DNA of 63,106 nucleotides from Octopus bimaculoides (taxonomy: Eukaryota). The first letter of the stretch is position 1, and each line of letters begins with the position of its first letter. Positions 23,589-36,043 of the stretch are shown in pieces. The position numbers and the translations under genes were made by a program. The stretch is taken from contig NC_068994.1 in assembly GCF_001194135.2 (NCBI RefSeq), positions 46,273,043-46,336,148 on the forward strand, in the 5' to 3' direction. The notes under the pieces are model-generated. The model worked only from the letters and a program-made list of their open reading frames with translations, did not search any database and was not told the DNA's origin.

Positions 23589-23808
23589 GAAACGTATTTG
23601 AAAAGTCTGAAACCTAGGTATTGCATTATCCTTAATCTGGGTTGTTCATTTTCGGATGTTCTTCCTAAGGTAAGACAAGTTTTTCATGTTTTGTTGCACA
23701 CACGCATTTTTGCCAGTATATACGCAGTGAAGCTATACAATAGCGTCGTTTTTATATCGATTGCTATTCTCCAGCAAATATCGGTACCTTGTTGTACCAT
23801 TCTTATGA

Positions 23809-23844
<36 letters not shown>

Positions 23845-23909
23845 ATCCATCTATCCGCTATCTATCCATCTACCTATCCATCTATCTCGCTATCTATCCA
23901 TCTATCTAT

Positions 23910-24101
23910 CCGGACTTTTCCGTAGGCTTTTCTTTCCACGGATAAACCTAATCTTGCTTTTTGCACTTTTAAAATTTTTCTGTGATACACGATCCCTTTT
24001 TGATCGGAATTTTATTTTCTCCCTTTTTTTCACCGAAAAGAAAAGCTCTACATTGTATTTTGTCCCCTCTGTGTTCGGCTCTGTGTGGCTAATAAGGAAA
24101 C
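23910..24101 (+). mobile_element. Tx1 LINE 3'-UTR-only copy inside a TATC-type array
   Basis: Homologous to 23155-23393 (ttttccgtagg..ttccacggataaacctaat...tcccctctgtgttc..tgtgtggc.aataa.gaaac). Confidence 0.8.
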
Positions 24102-25135
24102 TTATCCATCTGTGTATTTATCTCTGAATGAATGTATATATGCGTGTATGTATACATTTATGCATGTGTATCTGTGTATGTGTGCGAATGTATAAGTATA
24201 TGTTTTACACTACACATGCGTCTGCCAAAGTCTACAAATGTATGTATGATGTAGGTGTACGCGTATGTGAGTATGTGGATGCATGTATATGTGCTTATGG
24301 AGAGTGTGTGTATGTGTGTAAGTGTGTATGTTCGTGTAAGTGCCTGCTGTGTGTGTGTACGTATTTGTATGTATGTATGTATGTAAGTATGTGCATAGAG
24401 CGTACATACGTACATGTATGTATATATGTGCATGGAGCGTACATACATACATACATGGAGCGTACACACATACATACATACATACATACATACATACATG
24501 TGTGTGCATGTGAATGCTTGTATGCGTGTATATGTGTGGTGTGTGTACGTGTGCGTATGTATGTGTATATGTGCATAGAGTATGTACGTGTAAGCGTGTG
24601 GTGTGTGTGTGTATTTGTATGTATGTGTATATGTGTTTGTATGTATGTGTATATGTGCTTGTATGTGTGTGGTGAGTACGTGTGCGTATGTGATTATTTG
24701 TATATGTATAGAGTATGTGTGTGTGTGCGTGTGTGCATATAAGTGCATGTATGTGTGAGTATATGTTTATATATGTGTATGTGTGTTTGTGTATATGTGC
24801 ATATGTGTATATGTGTGCACGCATGTCCCAGATGCACACGATCACCTTTGTTTATACAGAACATCAGCGTGTAGAGACGCCTTTAATATGTTCCCAGCAA
24901 ATGACCGGAAGTCTAGATCAGCCATGATGATTACCAGAAATATAAACAGAAAATCTGCCGGAAGTCAAAAGCATCTACTTCAAACCTAATATTGGCAGAA
25001 GAGATAAAGGCGACAGGTGAAATGTCTGTCGATAGTTACTAACATAGTTTTACGTTCTGAGTTCGAATCCCGCCGAAGAATGACTTTAATTTTAATCTTT
25101 CTATGGGAATGGTAACCAATGAAGTAAATGAATGA

Positions 25136-25499
25136 TTGCCTCCACCTTCGCTAAAGCGGAGGTATTGTTTCACTTGTGTTTGTTTGTTTGTCCGTGGGCA
25201 ACATATCTCAAGAACCGCTGGAAGGATTCAGATTAAACTTTCTGAGATGTTTGGCCTCGTGACTGGCACGAACTGATTAGATTTTGGGATCGATCCGGTA
25301 CCGCAAAAGGATTCTGGGTTATTTTTCCAGTTTTTTACTTAATTTTTGAGAGCGGTCGGGTTCATTTTTAGTATTCTCGTTTGTGAGAGCAGTCGAGTTT
25401 ATTTCAGATATTCTCATTTTAAAAATCATCTCAGGCTAATCATTGAGAGGACGTTGGTGTTGCCTTGGCGGAGGTTTGCGCTCTCTGAGTGCTCTTGTT
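25136..25499 (+). mobile_element. Non-autonomous Helentron-type element (DINE-1/HINE-like)
   Basis: 5' subterminal t(g)cctcc(a)cc with nearby inverted gcggaggt, internal (GTTT) microsatellite, 3' ccttggcggaggt plus hairpin gcgctctctgagtgc, and a terminal TT. Confidence 0.8.
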
Positions 25500-25714
25500 A
25501 CTTAGTATAATTAATAAGTCAAGAAAAATTAAGTTCGATCAACTATACAATTGGATTATACTAAATAAAATAGATCATAACCTAATATATATATGCACGC
25601 ATTCACAAATATACATCTTTTAGAGAAAGTTTCTTGAACCCAAGAACTCAAGAAACGATTCCCCTGTTTCCACGGCACATAAGTGCCCGAAATCCCAACA
25701 CTCCCCGTCAGTCC

Positions 25715-26045
25715 GATACAGAGTTCAAGTCAGTTACATCGATCGGTCCTTTATCTCATTGATCCTAGAAGGGTGGAAAGGGAAAGTGGACCTCAGCGGG
25801 ATTTGAACTCAGAACGTAAAGAGCCGGAAGAAATGCAGCTAAGCATTCCGTCAGGCGTGCTAACGATTCTTTTCTACTCTAGGCACAAGGCCCGAAATTT
25901 TGGGGGAGGGGATCAGTCGATTAGATCGACCCCAGTACGCAACTGGTACTTAATTTATCGATCCCGAAAGGATAAAAGGCAAAGTCGACCTCGGCGGAAC
26001 TTGAACTCAGAACATAAAGACAGACGAAATACACGTTAAGCATTG
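25715..26045 (-). mobile_element. Two adjacent family-B SINE copies
   Basis: Repeated gtcgacctcggcggaa(t/c)ttgaactcagaac motifs at about 25790 and 25985. Confidence 0.75.
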
Positions 26046-26077
26046 CAATACAACAACAGCAATACAACAACAGCAAT

Positions 26078-26108
<31 letters not shown>

Positions 26109-26926
26109 GCAATCACTACTGCAGCAACAACAACCACAACAACAACAACAGCCACGACTACAACTACAACCACAACAACAACCACAACCACTACAACAAC
26201 AACAACAACAACAGCCACGACAACAACTACAACANNNNNNNNNNNNNNNNNNNNNNNNNNNNNNNNNNNNNNNNNNNNNNNNNNNNNNNNNNNNNNNNNN
26301 NNNNNNNNNNNNNNNNNNNNNNNNNNNNNNNNNNNNNNNNNNNNNNNNNNNNNNNNNNNNNNNNNNNNNNNNNNNNNNNCCACAACAACAACCACAACCA
26401 CTACAACAACAACAACAACAACAGCCACGTCTACAACTACAACCACAACAACAACCACAACCACTACAACAACAACAACAACAACAGCCACGACAACAAC
26501 TACAACAACAGAAACTGCAACCCCAACAATCGGAAGAAAAACAACAGCGGCGAAGACTTGATTATGGCAGAGACAACAGGATGACCAAGGGACACGCCTT
26601 CTGCTTTGCCTACATTATCTGGTAATCGACATTATCACCTCAAGTCCAGTGGAAAAGATTCTCACAACTATCTGATAGTGTCTCTTCTAATTGGTGTCTT
26701 TAAATATTTCGTGCTAATGACCAGTAATTAGCAGGTCTAAACAGGATCGGATCCATCTCTCAACAGACGATCGCACGCATTGCGCGCGCACTCTCACTAA
26801 CACACACATAGAGATATACACATACACATACACTCGCGTGCGCGCACACACATGCACACATACACGTACACACGTACACTCTCACATAGGTACATACACG
26901 CTCTATCATATGCACGCGCATAATCC

Positions 26927-26970
<44 letters not shown>

Positions 26971-27881
26971 GGGAGACAGACAGATAGACGCACAGACAGA
27001 CAGTCAGACAGATAGAGAGAGCGATAGACACAGATACATACGCACAAAAATGCATACACGTGTTTATATACTTAGATATACACACATACACATATATATA
27101 CATAGGTAGATGCAGCCATACTTACACATATACATGCAGATACATACATATACACACATACAGATGTAAGCATACATACACACATACAAACATACATACA
27201 CACACATACATACATGCATACATATATACATGCTTAAATACACACTGATAAACACACGTGCACGTATACATACATATATACATACAAACACATACATACA
27301 CGCACATACATATATACACATATATACACACACATACAAAGTTGCATACATATATTGAAATATACATACATACAAACATACATACATGCATACATACATA
27401 GTCATACATATATACAAACATACATACAGTCATGCATACACACAAACATGCATACATACAAACATGCATACATACGAACATACATCCATCCACCCATCNN
27501 NNNNNNNNNNNNNNNNNNNNNNNNNNNNNNNNNNNNNNNNNNNNNNNNNNNNNNNNNNNNNNNNNNNNNNNNNNNNNNNNNNNNNNNNNNNNNNNNNNNN
27601 NNNNNNNNNNNNNNNNNNNNNNNNNNNNNNNNNNNNNNNNNNNNNNNNNNNNNNNNNNNNNNNNNNNNNNNNNNNNNNNNNNNNNNNNNNNNNNNNNNNN
27701 NNNNNNNNNNNNNNNNNNNNNNNNNNNNNNNNNNNNNNNNNNNNNNNNNNNNNNNNNNNNNNNNNNNNNNNNNNNNNNNNNNNNNNNNNNNNNNNNNNNN
27801 NNNNNNNNNNNNNNNNNNNNNNNNNNNNNNNNATACATACACACACATGCACATACATACATACATACATACATACATACA

Positions 27882-27913
<32 letters not shown>

Positions 27914-28547
27914 CACCCATCTGCCGTTTCTATATGAATCACTAATTAACACGCCGGACAGAATGCTCAACTATATACGGTCGTAATGTCATACAACGAG
28001 AGTCCCAAAGTTGTATCATACAACACACAACGGTCACAACCACTACCACCGCCACCACAACAACTACCACCACCACCACGACCACCACCACCACCATCAT
28101 TCCTACAAATCAACACCATTCTGACATTTTGCCTCTTCGTAGCATCACCGCCATACATACATACATACATACATACACACCCATCTCTAACACCCCTACC
28201 ACCAACACCAATAAGAGAGCGTGCTGGAGATCAATCAGTCTGCTAGAAATAGCAGTCGTACCTCTATCAAATCCCTCCCCACACTCTTAGGTAAGAAGTA
28301 AGGACATATTGGATAATGTAGATACCAATAAATATGATGTCGGGACGGTCACGGCCGGATTGAGATTAGTCGCAGGTAGGCTCAGTTTGAATTGATACAG
28401 AACCAATGAGAATCAATGTCTCATGCTGTTATTTATGGGCGCATATATGTATATGTGTGCGTGCGTGCGTGTGTTTGTGTGTGTGCGCGTGTGTGTGTGT
28501 GTGCGTGGGTTTGTGTGTGTGTGTGTGCGTAAGTATATATACAAATG

Positions 28548-28780
28548 TGGAGGCGCGTGACTTAGTGGGTAGGATGCTGCACTCGTGATCCTAAGATTGT
28601 GGTTTCGATTCCTGGAGCGGACGATGTGTTGTGTTCTTGAGCAAAATACATATTTTCACGTTGCTTCATCCACTCAGCTGGCAAAGGTGAGTAATCCTGC
28701 AAGGGGACTGTCGTCCTATCCAGTGAAGAATATATACGGGAAACCGGACTTCTGAAGCTATGGTTCGGGAGGGACCTGTG
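28548..28780 (+). mobile_element. SINE family C
   Basis: ggaggcgcgtgacttagtgggtagg...ggtttcgattcc head plus C body. Confidence 0.7.
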
Positions 28781-28785
28781 ATTCT

Positions 28786-28850
<65 letters not shown>

Positions 28851-28851
<1 letters not shown>

Positions 28852-28958
28852 CATTTCTTTTATTAGCCACACAGGGCTCAACAAAGATGGGACAAATACA
28901 ATGAAGAGCTTTTCTTTTTGGGAGGGGGAAGGGAAAAAAAGTAGGGGGGTGTCGATCA
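28851..28958 (-). mobile_element. Tx1 LINE 3' end, with (GATA)n on both sides of the gap
   Basis: Revcomp ...attgtatttgtcccatctttgttgagccctgtgtggctaataaagaaat followed by (tatc)n; (ATAG)n resumes at 29470. Confidence 0.75.
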
Positions 28959-29469
28959 ANNNNNNNNNNNNNNNNNNNNNNNNNNNNNNNNNNNNNNNNN
29001 NNNNNNNNNNNNNNNNNNNNNNNNNNNNNNNNNNNNNNNNNNNNNNNNNNNNNNNNNNNNNNNNNNNNNNNNNNNNNNNNNNNNNNNNNNNNNNNNNNNN
29101 NNNNNNNNNNNNNNNNNNNNNNNNNNNNNNNNNNNNNNNNNNNNNNNNNNNNNNNNNNNNNNNNNNNNNNNNNNNNNNNNNNNNNNNNNNNNNNNNNNNN
29201 NNNNNNNNNNNNNNNNNNNNNNNNNNNNNNNNNNNNNNNNNNNNNNNNNNNNNNNNNNNNNNNNNNNNNNNNNNNNNNNNNNNNNNNNNNNNNNNNNNNN
29301 NNNNNNNNNNNNNNNNNNNNNNNNNNNNNNNNNNNNNNNNNNNNNNNNNNNNNNNNNNNNNNNNNNNNNNNNNNNNNNNNNNNNNNNNNNNNNNNNNNNN
29401 NNNNNNNNNNNNNNNNNNNNNNNNNNNNNNNNNNNNNNNNNNNNNNNNNNNNNNNNNNNNNNNNNNNNN

Positions 29470-29549
<80 letters not shown>

Positions 29550-30525
29550 CACACACACACACACACTTCAAATGAAAGAACGTATTTAATATAATTGAAG
29601 AACAATATATAGAAAGAAAGAGCGCTTGGCAGGGAGATATATGGATTTGGTAATGGAAGTATAGCACGGTATTCATAGCTGGTCTTAGTAGCCCTGTGAT
29701 GCTGTTAAAGAAACGATCAAGCAAAGTTTAAAGTTTGGAGTTTGTATAAGGGTTATAGGTTATGGTTTCAGAGCTGGAGGTTAGGGGCTGAGGTCACGGT
29801 TAAGTGTTAGCAATAAGTTTAGTGTTTAAGGGTAAGGATTACGGTTTATTGTTAGGGTTAGAATTAGGGTTTGGGTTAGAGGTTAGACAGAATGCTAAGT
29901 GTTATGGTTAGAGGTAAAATAACAACGCTATCATTTATCAGGCGGGGTTTTTTAATAACGCCTGATAACAGATACGATCTTGTGTCGTCATTGTCATTGT
30001 CGTCCTTCGTCGTTGTCGATGTTCTCGTCTCGTCGTCGTCATCGTCATCGACGATGTTCATGTTGTTGTTGTTGCTTCTACTGCTGTTCTTCTTTAGCTC
30101 CAGATGTGTCCTGCTCCTGTAATGCTGTGATCAAAAATATTCCAGCGATGAAGGTCCGTGGGTTTTTAAAGGGAAGTGTTTCCTCACAGCAGTTTTATTA
30201 CAAAGCTGGGTGAATATAGCGCGAAAGGCCCGAGTGAACGGGCCTACTCTAAGCATGCGCCTCTAGATCGAGTGGAGGGGATGAAGAGTAGGGGGCACTT
30301 GCCCTAGAGGTCAGAGTGATCGTGGTTTTTGTGGATTTTCAACAGCCAGCCGCTGGAAGTCTCCCTGTTTTGGTAATTTTAAATGTTATAATTTTGATAT
30401 TTTGTTTTTAAACGCTTCAATCCCTCTCTTTTTGTTGCGTATTGTCCTGTTCCGCCCCTAATCTTTTATATGAACACTTGGTGGTTAATAAAGAAAAGAT
30501 TATTATTATTATTATTATTATTATT

Positions 30526-31079
30526 ATTGAGTGAGAGAGCAATGCATACCATCAAAGTAACACCGGGGTAAAATATACGAAGCCCAGTATACCCATCATA
30601 ACTACCCGTTTGGTAAGGGTACACCAGGCACATGCATCGGAACCATATGCGCATTACATGGTGACTTCATATCAAGATAAACAGCACATGACCTCGCAGG
30701 TGGGGCCTAGTTAGAATTTTCTTCAGATTGAGTAGCCCATTCTGCTCAAGAGGTCACTGAATAAGGTTTGTTCTAAGGATGATGAACAAAACACCTATGT
30801 TTCCAGAGGTGAATTATTCAAACCCCAAAGAATTCCTCTCAACACATGGCTATGATGCTCCCCTGCTACTTCTACTCATGATCAGAGACGCACATAGCGT
30901 TAGCCACTAAGGGACATGCATAACTGGTTGAGGTCAAATAACTGAGAAGCAAATCTGTAGTATTGAGCAGAATATTTGTTGTAGCCCATCTTTTATATCA
31001 AAACAAAACATGAACACGATAACACTTCCAATCAGTTAAGATGAGAAGCTATGAGTGCCACTGGTACTGCATCAGGGCA
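30526..31079 (-). mobile_element. Complete copy of the (TAA)n-associated non-coding repeat
   Basis: About 550 bp, flanked by (TTA)n on both sides; same terminus as the copy at 22025. Confidence 0.85.
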
Positions 31080-31104
31080 ATTATTATTATTATTATTATT
31101 ATTA

Positions 31105-31142
<38 letters not shown>

Positions 31143-31254
31143 TTTTCTTCTTTCTTCAAATTTTCTTCTATTTCTCGCCGAGTGTTTTCCGTACACCTAG
31201 GGCAGAGAAACTCGTTGTATGCATTCCCAGTTTACACACGCAAATTCACAGGTA

Positions 31255-32103
31255 TTATTATTATTATTGTTCAGTAGTCTTACTTTTTATAACGTGCTTT
31301 CACTTCACTACCGAGCGCAGCTCTGTGCGCCTTGGGTATGTGCTGTGGTTTGCTGTGGTGCTCTTATGGTTACTGTATTGAAAGTGTTTTGCGTAGGATG
31401 TGTGCAGTACCCAGTAGTGCAATTTTCTGTATGTTATATATATTTGTAAGTCCTGGTGTTTTTGTTATGTATTTGTCTGAATATTTTTTTATTATACCTA
31501 AGGTACCTACTATGATAGGAATTGTTTCTGTTTTTAGATTCCACATTCGAGTTATCTCTATTTCCAGGTCTTTGTATTTTGAAAGTTTTTCCATTTCTTT
31601 TAGAGAAACGTTGTCATCTGCTGGTATTGATACATCANNNNNNNNNNNNNNNNNNNNNNNNNNNNNNNNNNNNNNNNNNNNNNNNNNNNNNNNNNNNNNN
31701 NNNNNNNNNNNNNNNNNNNNNNNNNNNNNNNNNNNNNNNNNNNNNNNNNNNNNNNNNNNNNNNNNNNNNNNNNNNNNNNNNNNNNNNNNNNNNNNNNNNN
31801 NNNNNNNNNNNNNNNNNNNNNNNNNNNNNNNNNNNNNNNNNNNNNNNNNNNNNNNCAGTTACTTGTTATATTTCTTTTCATTATGTGTTTTTGGTAATTT
31901 CTGGTGGGGAGGCTCTGGTCTTGTGCAGCAATTAAAAATCCTTCAGTCTCTGCTTTGAGTCCTGAGCTTCTCAACCATTGCTGGGATTTATCTCTGTCTA
32001 TTTCTTTTGCATTTAGTTTAGCCCAGTATTTACCATGTAGGGGCTTTTCTTGCCATCGTTTTATCATGGTCCGTTGCTGTTCTAGTTTTAGTTTGGATTT
32101 CAT
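31255..32103 (-). mobile_element. 5'-truncated R4/Dong-like RLE non-LTR retrotransposon in (TAA)n
   Basis: WQEKPLHGKY..WLRSSGLKAETEGFLIAAQDQSLPTRNY [gap] DVSIPADDNVSLKEMEKLSKYKDL..PIIVGTLG..QKIALLGTAHILRK*; (AAT)n at both ends. Confidence 0.9.
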
Positions 32104-32106
32104 TTG

Positions 32107-32153
<47 letters not shown>

Positions 32154-33050
32154 CATTATACGTAAACCCCAAACATTATGTCTGCCTTTGTATTGCATCC
32201 CTCGTCCGTCGCTCTTGTGGCAAATTAAAGAAATCATTATTATTGTTGTTGTTGTTGGTGTTGTTATCAGTTCAAATGTATTTTTGTATATTGATAATCA
32301 TAAAATACATGCCATGCCAACATTATCTAATTTTCCATGCATATATCTGTGTGTGTGTGTGTGTGTGTGTGTTTGTGTGTATGTGAGTGCGTGTTCGCGG
32401 GGGATGTTGTTTGTTCTTGTTATTTTATTTATATTCGCATTAATTCACTCAAGAATTCAGCGTTCACATAAGTATTTCTATTGTTTTAGGTATTTGGTTA
32501 CTGATGAATAAAAATTTGCATACCATGATATTGTTTTTGTTTTTGTTCTTTCGTTTTTCTATGTGTTTTAGAGGCTATTTTATTTTTGTTGTTTTCGCAT
32601 ATTAGATCGTTAAATATTTAACTTCAGTGGAGCTTGTCCAATAATACCAAATTACTTACAACAGTGTAACATTAAAGTAGTTTGTGATTTGCCAATGACA
32701 AAAGAAATACAGGCGCACATATGTGCCAAAGCACATATTTCCAGGCTCCATATGTCTTTAAAAAACAAAAACCAAAGAGAAAAATTAAAAAGTTGAAGTA
32801 TTGGGGATACCACATGCAACGCAACTATGCCTACTTCTGTTTGCTCACAGATATCTATGCGTGTATATATTCATGTGTGTATGTATATGTGTTTGCTCTG
32901 TATGTGTGTGTGTGCGTGTGTATGTGTGTGTGTTTGTATGTCTGTATGCATGTATGTTTGTGTTTGTTGTGTATGTGCGTATTTATACATACACGCGTGC
33001 ACACGCACACACACGCACATACATACATGCACACGCACATACACATACAT

Positions 33051-33100
<50 letters not shown>

Positions 33101-33224
33101 ACTTATACGCACACAAAGATATGCATATATAAAACTTCTATATATAAAAACGTTTATGCACGTATGTGAGTATATACATACATACATACATACATACATA
33201 CATACATACATACATACATACATA

Positions 33225-33720
33225 CATGATGATTGGTGCATTTTCACGGATAATTGCCGACTCCTCGTGCTGCCTCGTTGTCAATGACATTTCTGACTTT
33301 CTAACCATGACCTCTCATTACGACTGTTCAGTCCCATTGCAGACTTGCATGGTTTGTGGCATTGGTGACAGACAAAAGCTGTAACATATTGCATGGTTTA
33401 CAACTGGTCAGGTCTTCACATGTCTCCACTCTTCCGTTGCCATTGGACTTTCCATAGATGGAATGACAAATGAGATCACCTTAAGGGGACATCTCTACAT
33501 CATTGGATTATAGTGAGAAATGCTTGTACAATACAAGTACCACTCTCTGGGGCTCTGTGACGGGTACCTAGTAACAGGATGAAGTGAGACCAGCAATCAC
33601 ATGGAACTGCAGGTTTTACATCAAAGCATTATTCTCTTAGAAAGATGATGTGGACAATAACTTAGGGTCCTTCATTCCCGGTGGTCTTATTGCGGGACCT
33701 GATACCAATCGAGACTGTTC
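33225..33720 (-). mobile_element. Possible decayed RTE-type LINE 3' end between (CATA)n arrays
   Basis: Minus-strand FVCHQCHKPCKSAMGLNSR resembles the RTE C-terminal C-x2-C-x3-C-x-S-x2-GL-x-SH motif; the rest is unreadable. Confidence 0.35.
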
Positions 33721-33946
33721 CTGCGTCCCTGCATTCAACGTCTATACATACATACACGCATGCATACATACGTACATACATACATATATAGATGCATGCA
33801 TGCATACGTACATACTTAGATGCATACATAATGTATACATAAATTCATACATTATGTATACATACATGCATACATACATGTTCAAACCCATGACGAGGTA
33901 CTCTTGCATGACCGCAGTCTACTAACTAAAACAAGTAAAAGATCAA

Positions 33947-33984
<38 letters not shown>

Positions 33985-34116
33985 TTTTTCAATCGGATAT
34001 CAATGATAAAACCAGATCGATTAACCACGTGCTGACATGCCTTCGTGCTTTCGTGCACACAATACTCTGAGTAATGGCCGTGTAAGCTGTTCAACCCTTC
34101 AATCTACAAATATACA

Positions 34117-34151
<35 letters not shown>

Positions 34152-34277
34152 GTATACTCTACATAATATACTGAGTACTCTTATCTTTCGTTTGTACACA
34201 TACTCGTATGTACACACACATACGTGTGTGTGTCTGTGTGTGTGTATGTGTGTGTGTGTGTGGGTGTGTGTGTGTGT

Positions 34278-34314
<37 letters not shown>

Positions 34315-34529
34315 AAGTTCACCTCAGAAAACCTTGTTGGAAAGATAAGCAATCAGTTTTATTATGTGTTAATAGCTCTTAACAAAAGTAATTATCTTGT
34401 TTAGTGTTAAGTGTTATTAACGTATCATAATATAATAGGTTTGCCCAGCAAATAAGGCTTGTGTTACGAAATTTCCATTCATCTCAACCAGATCATATGC
34501 ATCCGTGCGTGCATGTGTGCTTATAGATG

Positions 34530-34563
<34 letters not shown>

Positions 34564-34679
34564 CAGATAGATAGATAGATGCGTAAGTATATGTGTATGT
34601 ATCTGTGTATATACATATATATTTATGTGCATATACACACGCGCGCGCGTGCATTCACATATGATAATAAGTGACCTGG

Positions 34680-34850
34680 AGATGGATTACATCGACTCAG
34701 TACGCAACTGGTACTTAATTTATCGACCTCGAAAGTATGAAAAGCAAAGTCGACCTCGGCGGAATTTGAACTCAGAACGTAATGGCAGATGTAATACCGC
34801 TATGCATTTCGCCAGATGTGCTAACGTTTCTGCCAGCTCGTCGCCTTATT
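34680..34850 (-). mobile_element. SINE family B, head and core
   Basis: gtacgcaactggtacttaatttatcgacc...gtcgacctcggcggaatttgaactcagaacg. Confidence 0.8.
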
Positions 34851-35450
34851 GTACCTGTAATTCAATAACACCATATATTTCCCCTTTTATAGAATTCATA
34901 TGGTTTCTGGTATGTTGTATAATTTTTCTCACACATTTGCTGTCAAATCTACACCAGCGGATGTTGAATTAAATGCAAACAACGTTTGCTTGACCGAACA
35001 AATTTTTCCTGAAGTTTGCCCCGATTGCGTTCAAGCTGAATGCAGCCATCAATTATTAATAAGATCGAAATTATAATCCTTCCGTCGGAAGACCTTCAAC
35101 TTCTCCCTAGAGGATATAACTCAAAAATTCTTTTCTAATAGGGCTGCATATGAATGAAGAAATACAGGGATGTGTGTGTGTGTGTGCATACATATCGCAC
35201 GCACGCGATGTGTGTGTGTGTGTGTGTGTGTTATCTTTATCTGCTTCAGACACCAGACTGTGGCCATGCTAGAGCAGCACCTTAAACGGTTCAGTTGAAG
35301 AAATCTACACCCCGGACGTTTGTAGAATCTAGCACTGATTTTATCAGGCTCTTTTTGAAGACCCGCTAAGTTACGAGGACGTAAACAAACCAAGTGCTGA
35401 GAGACAATCACAAACACAAAGACACTTACACGTAGACACACACACGTAGA

Positions 35451-35513
<63 letters not shown>

Positions 35514-35695
35514 CCGAGGTACTGCTGCATATATATAGTTCGTAGATGAATATCAGATATTCTCCCTATAGAATACACTTAGCAGTGCTCAAGAGATTTA
35601 AACTTCAGTGAGTATAGGACTAAATGTAGGGATAATCAAGTGAGACAAATCAACATATAAAGTATGTCAAATGCATGAAATACAAAAAATGTATA

Positions 35696-35934
35696 CAGCA
35701 ATCCCTTGCCATATCACGGTTCGCCTATCGCGGGTTATATTTTTTTATTATTGAAGCTTACGCCGATTCCTCCGTGGTGTCATTTTGCATTTATAATAAA
35801 ATAGATATATACAAATTATAAAAATAATATTAAAAAATATACAGTACAGTACTGTTTCTACTTCACAGATTTTCACCTATCGTGTTGGGGCTTTGGAACG
35901 TACCGTAACGCCCGCGATAATCGAGGGATTACTG
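35696..35934. mobile_element. Tc1/mariner-type (pogo/Tigger-like) MITE, TA TSD
   Basis: TA|cagcaatcccttgccatatcacgg ... ccgcgataatcgagggattactg|TA. Confidence 0.8.
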
Positions 35935-36001
35935 TATATGTTTACATACAAAAATGTCCGACTTCTTGTATGTAAAGTCGGACTTTGTCAACCGTTTATT
36001 T

Positions 36002-36043
<42 letters not shown>

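Noticed and set aside
34893-35075. Good acceptor followed by a 60-codon open frame (…STPADVELNANNVCLTEQIFPEVCPDC…)
   Set aside because: No recognisable homology or linked upstream exon; comparable open frames exist on the other strand.
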